This document shows positions 42,641-63,272 of a stretch of 64,000 nucleotides of DNA, in pieces (the stretch's first letter is position 1; each line of letters begins with the position of its first letter). The stretch covers positions 13,888,001 through 13,952,000 of the forward strand of contig OZ024760.1 of the NCBI GenBank assembly GCA_964016885.1, read 5' to 3'. The notes below the pieces were generated by a model, which was not told the DNA's origin, did not search any database, and worked only from the letters and a program-made list of their open reading frames with translations. The DNA is from Eledone cirrhosa. Its lineage: Eukaryota. The position numbers were made by a program, and so were the translations under genes.

Positions 42641-42965
42641 GGAGCAATAACATTAAGAAAGACATGAACGACACCACAACACTTTGTTTTGAAAATTTTG
42701 AAAGTAGGTTTATAAGTATGAATTTTCAGTAGAGTTTCATAGTTGTCTCTGTGGGCCTAGTGGAAGGTACCAGAGACGGTGGAGATCCTGGTCTTGGGCT
42801 CAATCCTGGTCGAGAGTTACATGTAACCTTTTTCAGTTTTTATTTTACAACCCATAGAAAAAAAACTGGAAAGGTTTACCGGAAACCCTACTCCCGGCGG
42901 GGATCGAACTTCAGACCAGGATCACCACCGTCTATGATTCCTCCAACTCGAAAATTGATAATGAA
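42641..42965. mobile_element. Second copy of the palindromic twin-tRNA element, right arm partly deleted
   Basis: ggagcaataacattaagaaagacatgaacgacacca is identical to 4125-4160. Confidence 0.8.
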
Positions 42966-43068
42966 CATTGAATATCCTTACGGGGTCGATAAAATAAAGT
43001 GCCAGTCACGCATTTTGGATCGATTTAATCGACTTTCGCCTGCCCATATATGTATATATATATATATA

Positions 43069-43156
<88 letters not shown>

Positions 43157-43399
43157 AGTGTATATATATATATATACATACACACACACAGCGATTCTAT
43201 GTCAGTGTTTGACAGAAACAAAAATCAGTAAGTTAAGCACCATAGTTGAAGAAAATATCAACTGGAGTCGATATGATTGACTAAATCCATTTCAAGCTTT
43301 TCCACAGCATATCCGCAGTCTAATGACTAACAACACTCAGAGAATATAACTCTAAAACAGTGTGGTTTAGTACGTGTTCCTCTGTGTATGTGGTCCTGC

Positions 43400-43469
<70 letters not shown>

Positions 43470-43629
43470 ATGTGTGAAGTCTGTGTGTGCCTGTGTACGC
43501 GTCTGTCTGTGTGTGTATATATATGTGTGTGTGTGTGTGTGTTTGTCACTGTGTATATTTGTGTGTGTGTTTGTCTGTTTGTGGTGTATCTGTGTGAAGT
43601 CTGTGTGTGTGTGTCTGTCTGTGTGTGTG

Positions 43630-43660
<31 letters not shown>

Positions 43661-44279
43661 TTGTCACTGTGTATATTTGTGTGTGTGTTTGTCTGTTTGT
43701 GGTGTATCTGTGTGAAGTCTGTGTGTGTGTGTCTGCTTGTGTATGTATACCAATGAGTCTGTGTATGTGTGATAGACCAATGTGAAACCAGACAGTATAT
43801 TGGTAGTTCATCTAAAAGACTGTACAACTAATTATATGGTAGTGAGAATAAAAGAAGAATCGACTTCAGACATGCCACATTAACACACACACACGCACAC
43901 ACACATTGTAACATAAAAGACTAATATATATATATATATACATATTAATCATAAATGACTAATATATATATATATATATGTGTGTGTATGTAGATGTATA
44001 TATTTGTGTATATATATATATATATCTGTGTGTATATGTATATATCTCTGTATATATACATATGTATATATACATATATATACATATATATACATTAAAG
44101 GAAAAACAGACAGACAGACACACAGCCACATACCCATATACCCCCCCCCCCCCACACACATATATATATATACAACTAAGTAAATAGATTTGATAGATTG
44201 ATAGATAGACAGTAGTATTGATTAAAATATAGAGAAGCATTGATCTAGAGTGTAGAAAGAGTTGTGCTGAAAAGAGAGA

Positions 44280-44455
44280 AATCTTAGATTTCTTGGCAAA
44301 GAGACATAAAAACAATTTCTTAGCAACAGATACCATATACAAATAATAGTAACTCCACTATTATTTTAGCGGAAATCATAAAAAAAAAACAGGCTTCAAA
44401 TATAAAATGTTGTTTACCTACTTTATACAGTACAGGTATTATGGTGCAACATTTC

Positions 44456-44500
<45 letters not shown>

Positions 44501-44870
44501 GTATATAAAATTAAAAGATAACGAGCGAAAACAACACAAACGACGAATAATTGTTTTGAAGAGGAAACCTTAAAAAGATTTTCTTTGAAAATTAAAAGAC
44601 AAACGAAAGACAGAAATTCAAGGTCTTCAGCTGTCGAGATGGATTTCTGGCAGTTTCGCCCCCCTACTGACAGTATCGTTGCTCCATCCGTAGTCACAGC
44701 ATCTGTCATAAGCCAAAGTATTCTCCATGGAATAAAAGAGAAGATTAAACAATGACATACCAATTGAGCCATAACAGATACACATACAGTCTCCTGACAA
44801 GAAAGACGTAAGGAAAAGCAAGAAAGTAAGACATTGTGTTAAAAATGTGTCCCATTTTAGTATAGAGTAC
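44280..44870 (-). pseudogene. Putative GPCR TM4-TM7 relic
   Basis: SYFLAFPYVF (TM4, frameshifted), ETVC, HCLIFSFIPWRILWLM (TM5), KQLFVVCVVF (TM6), KIIVELLLFV (TM7), in order. Confidence 0.5.
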
Positions 44871-44929
44871 TCTGTTGAGGAATGCTCTAACAAGTCTTAA
44901 ACTGGTTCTAATCTTGTTTCTTTCTAAGG

Positions 44930-45270
44930 ACTATATTGAAAAATAAACCTCATTTTGTCATTCCATGAGAGTATCTTGGTCATAGGCTGACTATGAAGGA
45001 TGATACTAGAGCTGTGAAATATTGCACACATATATTTCAATCTGTGTTATTAATAAACTGCCTTGTGACTTACCAGGAATTATTTTGAAAAATACATTTC
45101 ATTTGGTCATTCCATGAGTGTGTCTTGGTCATAGGCTGATTGTGAAGGAGTGATACGAGATGCTGAAGTCTTGCATACACTAATTTCAACTTTTCTTATT
45201 AATAAACTTATTTTAAAAAATATACCTCATTTAGTTATTCCATGAGAGTATCTTAGTCAGCCTATGAAAT
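44930..45270. repeat. Diverged ~150-bp triplicated repeat
   Basis: ttccatgagagtatcttggtcataggctga three times; reverse copy at ~61700-61738. Confidence 0.75.
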
Positions 45271-45962
45271 ATTTAGTTGTCGATCCTCGTATATATGCAA
45301 AATACAGCTTACATCAATATACAATATTGTAATTGCGAAAAATAACATAAACATCGCGAAATGAAATATAATTTTTTTGGTGATAGATTTAGCAAAACGT
45401 TTCGGAAAACAAAGTATTGCAAATATTTCAAATCTGGTTCGTCTTTGGGGAGTTTACACAATGTAAGATGTACGTTAAATTCAGATCAGCGTATATTTTT
45501 GAGAATATATATATATAATTGGTAATATATATGTATACATTATATATATATATATATATATTTGCTACCATATATATATACATTATATATATAATTGGTA
45601 ATATATATGTATACATTATATATATATGTATATAATGTAATGAAAGTGTGCAGGGTGACATGTAATGTAGGTATATATGACTGTAGTATACACATGTATG
45701 TTTAATAGTAGAGAAACCAAAATAAAAATAATAAAACTTGGTATATGGTCCGTGCTTGTTTTTCATGTAAATTAGATTGGGCAAAAAAAACTTTCGATAT
45801 AATTCCAAGTACTAATAACATTTTCCCCCACTTCTGGGACCAATTCGACTATGAATTATGCAGTACTTTTAACTAAAACGTGTTTTGTATTTCTAAGTAT
45901 TCTATCTGATTTATACTTACTCTAAAGTTATTCTTTAGTTTTCAATATTTCATACGTGTGAA

Positions 45963-47465
<1,503 letters not shown>

Positions 47466-47708
47466 GTTTAGAAATGTAGGTATTTTTGTTCTTCTGTATT
47501 TATTTGTATATATATATATATATATGGAACCATTAGTTCTGATGGAGACCGGAGACGTCAGGGAACGGCTGGGGACGTCGTGACATATGGTATGTCTTGT
47601 GCATATGTTGGTGGGTAGAATGACACCAAGGTGTATATTCCACTTTGGTTTAACCTTAGATAATTCAAATTGTACCGTATATGTAGTGTGTATATTGTTT
47701 TCGAGTTC

Positions 47709-48050
47709 TAATTGTTTCTACGTTTGGCACAAGGCCAGCAATTATCCCAGTGTATTACTGGTACTTTATTTTATCGACCCCGTAAGGAACAAAGGCAAAG
47801 TTAACAACTTCGGTGGGAATTGGCCACTGGTACCAAGCTGCAAATGTCTTGGCCTTTTCCTTGGACAAAATCATGTTGTGCAGTATATTGTTACTTCTCT
47901 TTACGTTATGGGTTCAAATTCTGCCGTTGTTAGCTTTGTCTTTCATCCTTAGAAGATCGATAAAATAAAGTACCAGTAACACACTGGGATCGATTTAATC
48001 GACTTTCCCCTCCCCGCCGTTCCAAAATTGTGTCTAAATCAGGAATCATT
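47709..48050. mobile_element. Two Meta-domain SINEs in opposite orientation
   Basis: Minus copy 47709-47806, plus copy ~47860-48050. Confidence 0.8.
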
Positions 48051-49517
48051 ATTTACATCGTTGGGATTGAATATCTGTCATAAAATAGCCAGAAATATGT
48101 TTAGATGTCCTAGTTGTCGTGGTCATCGTCATCGTCGTCGTTGTTGTTATCGTCCTCTTCATTGTAGTCCTCGTCGTTGACGACGGAGGATTCATTGATG
48201 AGTATTCCAGTCAATATTTCAATATTTACATCGTTGGGACTGAATATCTTTCACAAAATAACCAGAAATATCCAGAAATATACTTAACCACCATTTTCCT
48301 CCACGCTGTGGCCGTCATCGTCGTTGACGACGGAGGATTAGTTGATGAGTATTCCAGTTGTTCAATCAAACAACAGAACAGTCTTCCACTACTTTCTATA
48401 CACAATTTTCCTATTTATTTCTATCACAGACTAATTACTTGCTGCTGGTATATGTTGGCTAAAACTTCTCCAATTCTCCCAAGTATTCCATTTTCAGCTT
48501 CATCTATTTCCGATGTTGTTATATCAATTTGGCTACTTTTGCCTCTATATATGGATTTAAATTGATCTATTTCATTATTTTCCTGTTGTTTGTGAGTATA
48601 TCATCATCATCAACTACTGCTGTTACTATTGTTCTTGTTGTTGTTGTTGCTGTCCGGAACTGTTTTGTTATTCCGAATTGTTTCAGTGAGAATATAAGTT
48701 GCCTGTTCTCTGTTGTCTGTTGTTTTTGTTTTTTGTTTTAATTTATTTCTATAGTTGTTTCCTTAACGAATCATCGAGAGTGTGTGTAGTAGTACTAGTG
48801 GTGGTAGTGGTGGTAGTAGTAGCGGTAGTAGTTGTAGTGGTAACCCCTGGGTTTAATGGGCTCTACCATCAAATGTGCAATAGTAGTAGTAGTAGTAGTA
48901 GTAGCGGTAGTAGTAGTAGTAATCCCAAGAAATGTATTGTCCTCAAACCTACAAAGAGATAGAGTCTACCAGGTTTAAAACACACAAGACACGGTGTGTA
49001 TCACATCACGACGGGGCCCCTTACAATACCAGCAGGAGCTCGCTCAAGGACTATAAAAAGAACCCAGCTCCACATCTTCACAGGTAGCTGACAATAAACA
49101 CACTAGAGAATCGATTTTAAAATTTACACAAAGCCTTAGAAGGAAGGAAGAGCAGATAATTAAGTGATTAATTTAAATAAAGTAAACGAAAAAAAAAATA
49201 TGTAGAGAGATATAACAAAATTCAAAATGTCGGAAATACATAGGTTGCTTTAGGGGTGAGAAATGGTGTAACCGAAGGATAAATTACATGCTTTGAATTG
49301 GATTCAATCTTCTCTTGTATAGAATGGCATGAAAACTAAATAGAAGAAGAAGGGAGAGAAAAAACAGAAGGAAGTTTGCACCTAGAATTGGATGAGGTTT
49401 GATGTTGGATGTTTTCTCTCTCTGTGGAAGTTCTTCACATTTTTTCCTTCAAATATTTTTCTGACGATGACAGGAAATATTTCAATCAAATTTCTTAGTA
49501 ATAATATTGATGTTCAT

Positions 49518-49878
49518 GATGATGATGATGGTGAAGATGAAAAAGATGATGATGATGATGATGATGTTAATGATGATGATGATGGTATTGGTGATGGTAA
49601 TAATGATAGTAATAATAATGAGGGTAATGATAGGGATGTTGATGATGATGATGATGATGATGAAAATACTGATGGTGATGATGGTTATGGTAGTAATAGT
49701 GGTGGTGATGATGGTGGTGATGATGGTAATAATGATATGATAATGGTGATAATGATAATGGTGATGAAGCTAATGCGGATGATGCTGATGATGATGGTAG
49801 TAAAACAGATAATAACAATAATAATAGTAGTAGTAGTAGTAGTAGTAGTAACAATAGTAGTAGTAGTAGTAGTAACAA

Positions 49879-49910
<32 letters not shown>

Positions 49911-49920
49911 ACAGTAGTGT
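49518..49920. repeat. (GAT)/(TAG) trinucleotide tracts
   Basis: Directly visible. Confidence 0.9.
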
Positions 49921-50043
49921 TAGTTGTGGTGGAAATGATAAATTCCTTTCAAGGTAGATTGTGACGTTTGTAGGGAAAAGGGAAATACATTTTAAAATGG
50001 TGTCAGAGAAGAGAGAATAATTTGTGATTCTCATGATACCTTC

Positions 50044-50097
<54 letters not shown>

Positions 50098-50200
50098 CAT
50101 ATATATACATATATATACATATATATACATATATATACATATATATACATATATATATATTATTATTATTATATATATATTTTGTGCCAAAAGTAGAAAC

Positions 50201-50238
<38 letters not shown>

Positions 50239-50285
50239 TGGTATACGTATATCTGTAAAAATGCGTGCGTATATATATATATATA

Positions 50286-50426
50286 TAACGAAGGAAATGT
50301 GGTAAGGAACCAGGTGGACCATAACGCACCAAAGTACTCAATACTTAGGGTAGTAGAGTGAGTAATAGGAACGAGTAGGACCCCGACGGCTGAGCTCAAG
50401 CCGTTTCGACGACTAATTCTGGACTA
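50286..50426 (-). mobile_element. Family B element
   Basis: Reverse complement of 39961-40100, ending at the same ctggact boundary. Confidence 0.85.
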
Positions 50427-50448
50427 AATGAAAATTTTGATAAAAATG

Positions 50449-50488
<40 letters not shown>

Positions 50489-50994
50489 CCTATATATATA
50501 TCATAAATCATGTCTTTAGAATCATCAGATAAAATATATACTATTTCTTCTTCTAATTAGCATAATTAACCATATAAAAAATCAATTAGATCAAGCTATA
50601 AAAAGAAAGGCTCTTATGGAGAAATCTTCGACAAATAACCGAACGTAGCCTCTTTGCGGTGGCCCCAATCGAGTATATATCCAACATTTCGACAGCATGT
50701 CTAAATATATCATCAACCATACTCAATTAGGTGTAAAATTAAACTTAGAAGAAATGCGTACATACCGTAATTATATCTCTACCATGGTTTCATCCCTATT
50801 TTTAGACATCCAAATAATAGGAATGTCCTGAGTTAGGATTCATCAGGAGACAAACTCAAAATCAGACATCTAGTTTTTCAATCCGATCCCGCCAAAAATA
50901 GATTCAAAAATGGCTAAGAATCGCTATGTGGCTGTGGTCAAGCCAGAAAGAATGTGATTGGTTGCTTACGGCGGGTAGGCTTGCTGCTAGAACG

Positions 50995-51066
50995 TATGTC
51001 TGTATAAATATATATATATATATATATACGTATGTCTGTATAAATATATATATATATATACTTATG

Positions 51067-51107
<41 letters not shown>

Positions 51108-51148
51108 TTATGTCTGTATATATATATATATATATATATATACTTATG

Positions 51149-51221
<73 letters not shown>

Positions 51222-51318
51222 TTATGTCTGTATATATATATATATATATATACTTATGTCTGTATATATATATATATATATATACTTATGTCTATATATA
51301 TATATATATATACTTATG

Positions 51319-51350
<32 letters not shown>

Positions 51351-51356
51351 CTTATG

Positions 51357-51393
<37 letters not shown>

Positions 51394-51444
51394 GCATGTC
51401 TGTATATATATATATATTTATATATATATATATACGCATGTCTG

Positions 51445-51475
<31 letters not shown>

Positions 51476-51522
51476 ATATATATATATACGTATGTCTGTA
51501 TATATATATATACGCATGTCTG

Positions 51523-51553
<31 letters not shown>

Positions 51554-51650
51554 ATATACGTATGTCTGTATATATATATATACGCATGTCTGTATATATA
51601 TTTATATTTATATATATTTATATATATATATATATACTTATGTCTGTACA
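50995..51650. repeat. Minisatellite cttatgtctg/cgcatgtctg-(TA)n
   Basis: Directly visible. Confidence 0.9.
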
Positions 51651-51691
51651 TATAAATGTGTTTGCTTGTGTATATATATCCCCTTGTACGT

Positions 51692-51755
<64 letters not shown>

Positions 51756-51962
51756 GTGTGTGGTGTGTAGTGACTTCATTCGATTAGGTATAACGCCACG
51801 GGGGGAATGCCCATTAGCAGAATAAATGATGTGAAAAGGGTTTAAAGAGAGAATTGTCAATTTCATTTTACTCCGTTCCTGTACCCACCTTATACGGATA
51901 TACTCACGTATACTCTTATCAATACAACAACACATATATCATCATATACACATACTTATACC

Positions 51963-51997
<35 letters not shown>

Positions 51998-52314
51998 CAA
52001 TCACATAATATTATATATGCAGCTTAATACTTTTACGATCATACACACATGCTATAGTTATAGACATATACACCGACATATAAGCAGCTATATATATATA
52101 TATATGGTCCCACATATACAAATATTTTCAGTTACTATACATATATTCATATCATTTGTCAGCTAAGCGCCTCTGAACATGTATAAGTATGAACAGAATA
52201 TTGAAACAAACACGTTTCCGTTATATATGAATATATGTATGATATAGAATGTCTATTCTTCACATAGAAAGTAACACACACACACACACTATATATATAT
52301 ATATATATATCTAT

Positions 52315-52354
<40 letters not shown>

Positions 52355-52384
52355 ATATTTATATGTGTATACATTTATATGCAT

Positions 52385-58236
<5,852 letters not shown>

Positions 58237-58642
58237 GTCTAAATACAGAGTGGTTCATATATCATATGTAATGATACAAGCAGTGAGAGTCACGCATCTT
58301 TTGAAAGTTTAGGAGAAACAATATTAAACATAGCGCGGTAAATATTCGTTAAGTCAGTGAGAAAGATGAGAATATATCTATAACTGGTCTTAATGTGTGA
58401 AAATCTCCATTTGTAGGATATGTCAGTTGGCAGGAGAAAATATATACATCTCTTACACAAATAAACAGGTTAATCTATATTTATTGTGAGACGAGAGAGA
58501 AGTTCTATTAACAGAGGTAGAGGAAGAAGGAGATGTCGGCGAATGAGATGAGAGAGGAGGTGTATGAAGAGGAAGTAGAAGAAGAAGACCTTGGTCACAT
58601 AGATAATAAATTCTACTAAATCATAATTTTTGATCTGATGAT

Positions 58643-58815
58643 ATGGTGGTCTGTTGATTTTGGTGGTTTGGTGATCTGGTTGTTTGGTGATCTGGGGGTC
58701 TGTTGGTTTGGTGATCTTGTGGTCTGTTGATCTGGTGATTAGGTGATCTGGTGGTTTCTTGATCTGTTGGTTTGGTGATCTGGTGGTCTGTTGATCTGGT
58801 GGTTTGGTGATGTGG
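58643..58815. repeat. Degenerate tggtgatc/tgttggtt minisatellite
   Basis: Directly visible. Confidence 0.8.
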
Positions 58816-58975
58816 TGATGCGGTTTCAATCTTTGTCCTCTCCCTCCATAAATCCGCATACCTCATCTCACTCCACGCTGCACCAACACAAGTTCACAAT
58901 CTCCCAGTCGTATTACTACTACTACTACTATAACCACCACCAATACTACTACTACAACTATAACCACCACCACAA

Positions 58976-59007
<32 letters not shown>

Positions 59008-59027
59008 TAACCACCACCAATACTACA

Positions 59028-59083
<56 letters not shown>

Positions 59084-59139
59084 GTCTAATATGCCGGCAC
59101 TTACGATAATTACTGAAATTAATAACATTTCTTTTCATT

Positions 59140-59305
59140 TAGAGGGTCGGACGCCATGCTTTCCAGCATAGTTACGTCCCTTTACGATCTGAGTTCAAAT
59201 CCCGCCGAGGTTGACTTTGCCTTTCATCCTTACGGGGTCGATAAAATAAAGTACCAGTAATGCACTGGGTAATTGCTGGCCTTGTGCCTAAAGTAGAAAC
59301 AATTA
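59140..59305 (+). mobile_element. Meta-domain SINE, young copy
   Basis: Near-identical to 14622-14786. Confidence 0.9.
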
Positions 59306-59712
59306 TAGATTAAACTTTAATTGGTTTCATATATTTTTGTTCACTACAATAAATTCGTTACACACTTCTTAACTGTTATTCTTGCAGAAGGCCTCCCTAG
59401 GATATTTTCTCATGCCATTAATTTTATATACATTGCCGTTATCATAAAAGCAACAGCGAGTCGATAAGTTATTTGTCATCGCTTCACTTATATATAAAGC
59501 AATTATTTCTAGCCATAAGAAAATATATTCAACTGGAATGACAAAAGCTGCAAAGAAATATTCAAGTTTCCGGTAAAACCAAGTCATAAAACAGTTTAAA
59601 TACTTCGTAAAATCAATTCCAGTTTACATACGTCATATAGCTCATTAGCCGAATCTTGGTGGTCAGTATATATGCTAGAAATAGCAACCGTATCGCCCTA
59701 AATATGCCTTAA

Positions 59713-60010
59713 CCGTTTAGCATTTACATTACTCTATGTATACTATTGTATTTTCACAATAAAGGCTTGACCTCACATAATATCTCACATAACATTTAAA
59801 TTACTCTATATATAGTAATATATTTTCACAGTAAAGACTTTATCTCATATAATTATCTCACATAATATCGAATCTATGAGATTCGATTCTGATATTATTT
59901 ATTCTGAGAACAATACCTTAACATCAGTATAAATAGCCTGTTACAGCCAGTTTGAACAGAAAGAGGTAAGAGAATTCTGGCTGGATATGGTCGGTTTAAA
60001 TGCTAAAGGG
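59713..60010. mobile_element. piggyBac-type MITE
   Basis: TIR ccgtttagcattta / taaatgctaaaggg (13/14 match), with TTAA on both sides (59709-12, 60011-14). Confidence 0.75.
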
Positions 60011-60809
60011 TTAAATAACGGATATAAAAAAATGGGATGGTCATAGTTGGAATGCATTTGATCGATGGTTAACCCAATTCCATTTTACATACGTCATATA
60101 TCTCAGTGTGAGCCAACAGGAAAGACTCTTGGTGGTCAATATATAGGCTAGAAATAGCAACCGTATCGCCCTAAAGACGTCTCAAATATCGGATATCCTT
60201 TTATTCTCAACTAAATACGTTGATCTCCTTTGTCCATCATGAACCTCGAACAATATTTTGAGCCGCGGTTCCTATTCTTTTTTTTTTTTTTTATTCTGAA
60301 CTGTACCACTTTGTTTCTTTTTGTTTAAATACAAAGAATTTGGACTTTTAATAGAAATGTTAGCTACATGATTGTTACACACACACACACAGATTACAAA
60401 ATATAACCATTCCTCGTAATATGGTGTCTGGATAGTTAGTTGTTGGTGCATGTGTCAAGTCAGTGGACGATAAAGAAAATAAGAGGCTAAAAGGAGAGAA
60501 AAAGAACAAAATAAATATGTCCACCACACACACACACACACACACAAAACAAACGAAAAAACAAATAAAGGTTTTTCCAAAAAACTGGTTTGAGAAAATG
60601 GCATAATTGATTTGACTGAAAGAAACTGCAGTAGATCAAGAAGAATCGATCTATGGTAATAATGGTTGAATTGATGCTAAGTGCTGCAGAAAATAGCAGT
60701 TGATATCGAGAAGTGACAACACAATGTATATTATTAGATATATTTGAATTTATTCTATATTATCACAGAATAATAGTTTAAGAGTCACAGAAAAAAATGA
60801 AGATGGATA

Positions 60810-60960
60810 GAATATAGAATAATATGAAGTAAATTTCAAAGAGAACATCACCACTGATCAACGTTCTATAGCAGTAGTTAGCAGCCGTTGTTGTTAGATC
60901 GTTTGACTATAGACTGAAAAGCTAACATTTTGAATTTCCTTCAGACGACAAATAAATATC
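60810..60960 (-). pseudogene. Second GPCR TM3 relic
   Basis: FICRLKEIQNVSFSVYSQ...RLLTTAIER*SVVMFSLKF (ERW-like motif, tga for tgg). Confidence 0.45.
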
Positions 60961-61326
60961 AGTATTCATGTTATTAATTTGAAAATATCTTTGTGTCAGA
61001 TCGTAACTACGAAACAAAAAATATTAATAATAAAAATAATAACAATAATAATACTATATCGGTTTAGTATACGTTTTGCAGCATAATCACCCAAAACCTA
61101 GCATGCTTGGAAACTGCCGTTAAATTGTCAAATTATACTCCTATGGCTTGGAACAGGATTGATTTTCTCGTTCATACATATTTTAGTAACCTTTAGTCCA
61201 TCAGAATATTTCATAAAATATTACTATATTTGAAGTAGAAAAATATATTTCCTCGAATACAAACCAGTCTTTCGTAACATAAAAGTAGAAAAGTCAGCAA
61301 CTATTCAGAAAATAGACATTTGTGTA

Positions 61327-61380
<54 letters not shown>

Positions 61381-61961
61381 GTATGTAGTACTAATGTGCT
61401 GTCAATACAGCAGGATTAGTTACCAGAACAGTAACTTTCTCTATCTCTCTAAGCTGCATTATATACTTACAGATACTTATATAATTATATACACGTGTAT
61501 CATTGAAATATGGCGGCGATTTGGGTGAGTTGTTAAAACGCCGGATAGACAGCTTTGCGGTATACCTTCCGCTTCTATGTGATACAAATATATATCCCAC
61601 CGGGATATATTTGGACTTTCATCCTTCCGAAGTCGATAAAAATGAGTCTCAGTCTTGTTCTGAAGTTGATTCTTCCTCTACGAGAGTCGGTTGAAAAATT
61701 CATAGGCTGACCAAGATACTCTCATGGAATGACCAAATTAACTTTCTGATAGAACACAATTTTTACATCAGTAATCATACAACAGTCAGGTACACAACAC
61801 ACACACTCATATACAGACGTACATACACACATACATACACATATACATACAACACATCTCATCACACACAACATATTACACACATCACACCATATCACTC
61901 ACACATACACCACACACACACCTTACACCAAACACACTCGCATACACTGTGTATATGTATG

Positions 61962-61999
<38 letters not shown>

Positions 62000-62014
62000 C
62001 ACTGTGTATGTATG

Positions 62015-62057
<43 letters not shown>

Positions 62058-62393
62058 ATGTATACCCAGCTTCTGTAGTTTCCGCTCACGAAATGCCTCT
62101 CACAAGTTAGTAGAAAACACACCTGAACTACTTGGTACCTAAGTGTATACACCCCAGTATTTTACCTGGGTGTGTATATTTAGGTGCAATGTAATTAAAA
62201 ACTGGAATCTTTAATTTCGTTAAATTTATGCAAACAGTCTCTGACGAATTCTGCAGAAATTTGTATGTTTTGAAATAGATACTTCACAAACATCCACTGC
62301 TACTTTCATTTTTCATACTATCAATCCTGATAGGAGGAAGTGTAAAAGTTTGTATTAAATATATAGTATTGTAAGTTATTTAGTTTGGTGAAT

Positions 62394-62790
62394 TGGTAGA
62401 GTGGTTAGAACGTCAGATAGAATGGTAGAGTGGTTAGAACGTCAGATAGAATGGTAGAGTGGTTAGAACGTCAGATAGAATGGTAGTCGTTAGAACGTCA
62501 GATAGAATGGTAGAGTGGTTAGAACGTCAGATAGAATGGTAGTCGTTAGAACGTCAGATAGAATGGTAGTCGTTAGAACGTCAGATAGAATGGTAGAGTG
62601 GTTAGAACGTCAGATAGAATGGTAGTCGTTAGAACGTCAGATAGAGTGGTAGAGTGGTTAGAACGTCTGATAGGATGGTAGAGTGGTTAGAACGTCAGAT
62701 AGAATGGTAGAGTGGTTAGAACGTCTGATAGAATGGTAGAGTGGTTAGAACGTCAGATAGAATGGTAGAGTAGTTAGAACGTCAGACATA
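62394..62790 (+). repeat. 27/29-bp tandem array of a SINE head segment, 14 units
   Basis: tggtagagtggttagaacgtcagatagaa and a 27-bp variant, followed by the Meta core at 62820-62885. Confidence 0.9.
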
Positions 62791-63159
62791 ATTCATTGCT
62801 GAGATCAAATGTAGCCGTGGTCAACTTTGCCTTTCATCCTTTCGAGGTCGATAAAAAAAGTACCAGTTTAGTACTGGGGATCGATTTTCCTCTAATATAG
62901 CTTTCTAACTTTCATTCTTTCCCTATCTCTGTCCTTCTCTGTAAGAAAATTTGCTGTATTTAGACTTCTTGGAGAGGGATGAGCTCCGCCTGGTTATACA
63001 ATGGCCTAGAAACGCTGTATTGATATACGGGACCCCTGATACACTACCGGGAGTTACGAGACCTCTTTCGCTTGAGGTCCAAGCGGAGCATGGAGACATT
63101 TTTTTCCATTGGTCTTTCATTTGCTGATATTATCAACTGGTTGCAACACCTGACTGATA

Positions 63160-63272
63160 GAACAGCGCGAAATAAAGTTTCTCTTTGAAGGCCATAATGC
63201 ATTGCTCGGTCAGGGAACCGAACTCGTAACCTCACGATTGCAAATTTAATTTTCTAACCAGTAAGCCTCACG
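63160..63272 (-). mobile_element. CORE-type tRNA-derived SINE, diverged
   Basis: Reverse complement has tggttagaaa...gaggttacgagttcggttccctgacc, like 14290-14393. Confidence 0.65.

Larger units (their letters stand above)
58470..60760 (-). pseudogene. Putative class A GPCR pseudogene, TM3-TM7, interrupted by SINE, MITE and microsatellites
   Basis: HCVVTSRYQLLFSAALSINSTIITIDRFFLIY (Cys exactly 24 residues before the Asp of DRF), hydrophobic TM4, EYFFAAFVIPVEYIFLWLEII (TM5), EMLLISVII (TM6), LVEFIIYV...IRRHL (TM7/H8), in order. Confidence 0.55.

Noticed and set aside
44627-44794. Cys-rich secreted peptide exon (DCMCICY...DRCCDY) after a good splice acceptor
   Set aside because: The overlapping frame gives ordered TM5-TM7-like segments, which is the more coherent reading; an exon cannot be excluded without RNA data
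62394-62790. CRISPR-like 27-29-bp direct repeats
   Set aside because: Units are contiguous with no unique spacers, there are no cas genes, and the unit derives from a SINE head in eukaryotic DNA
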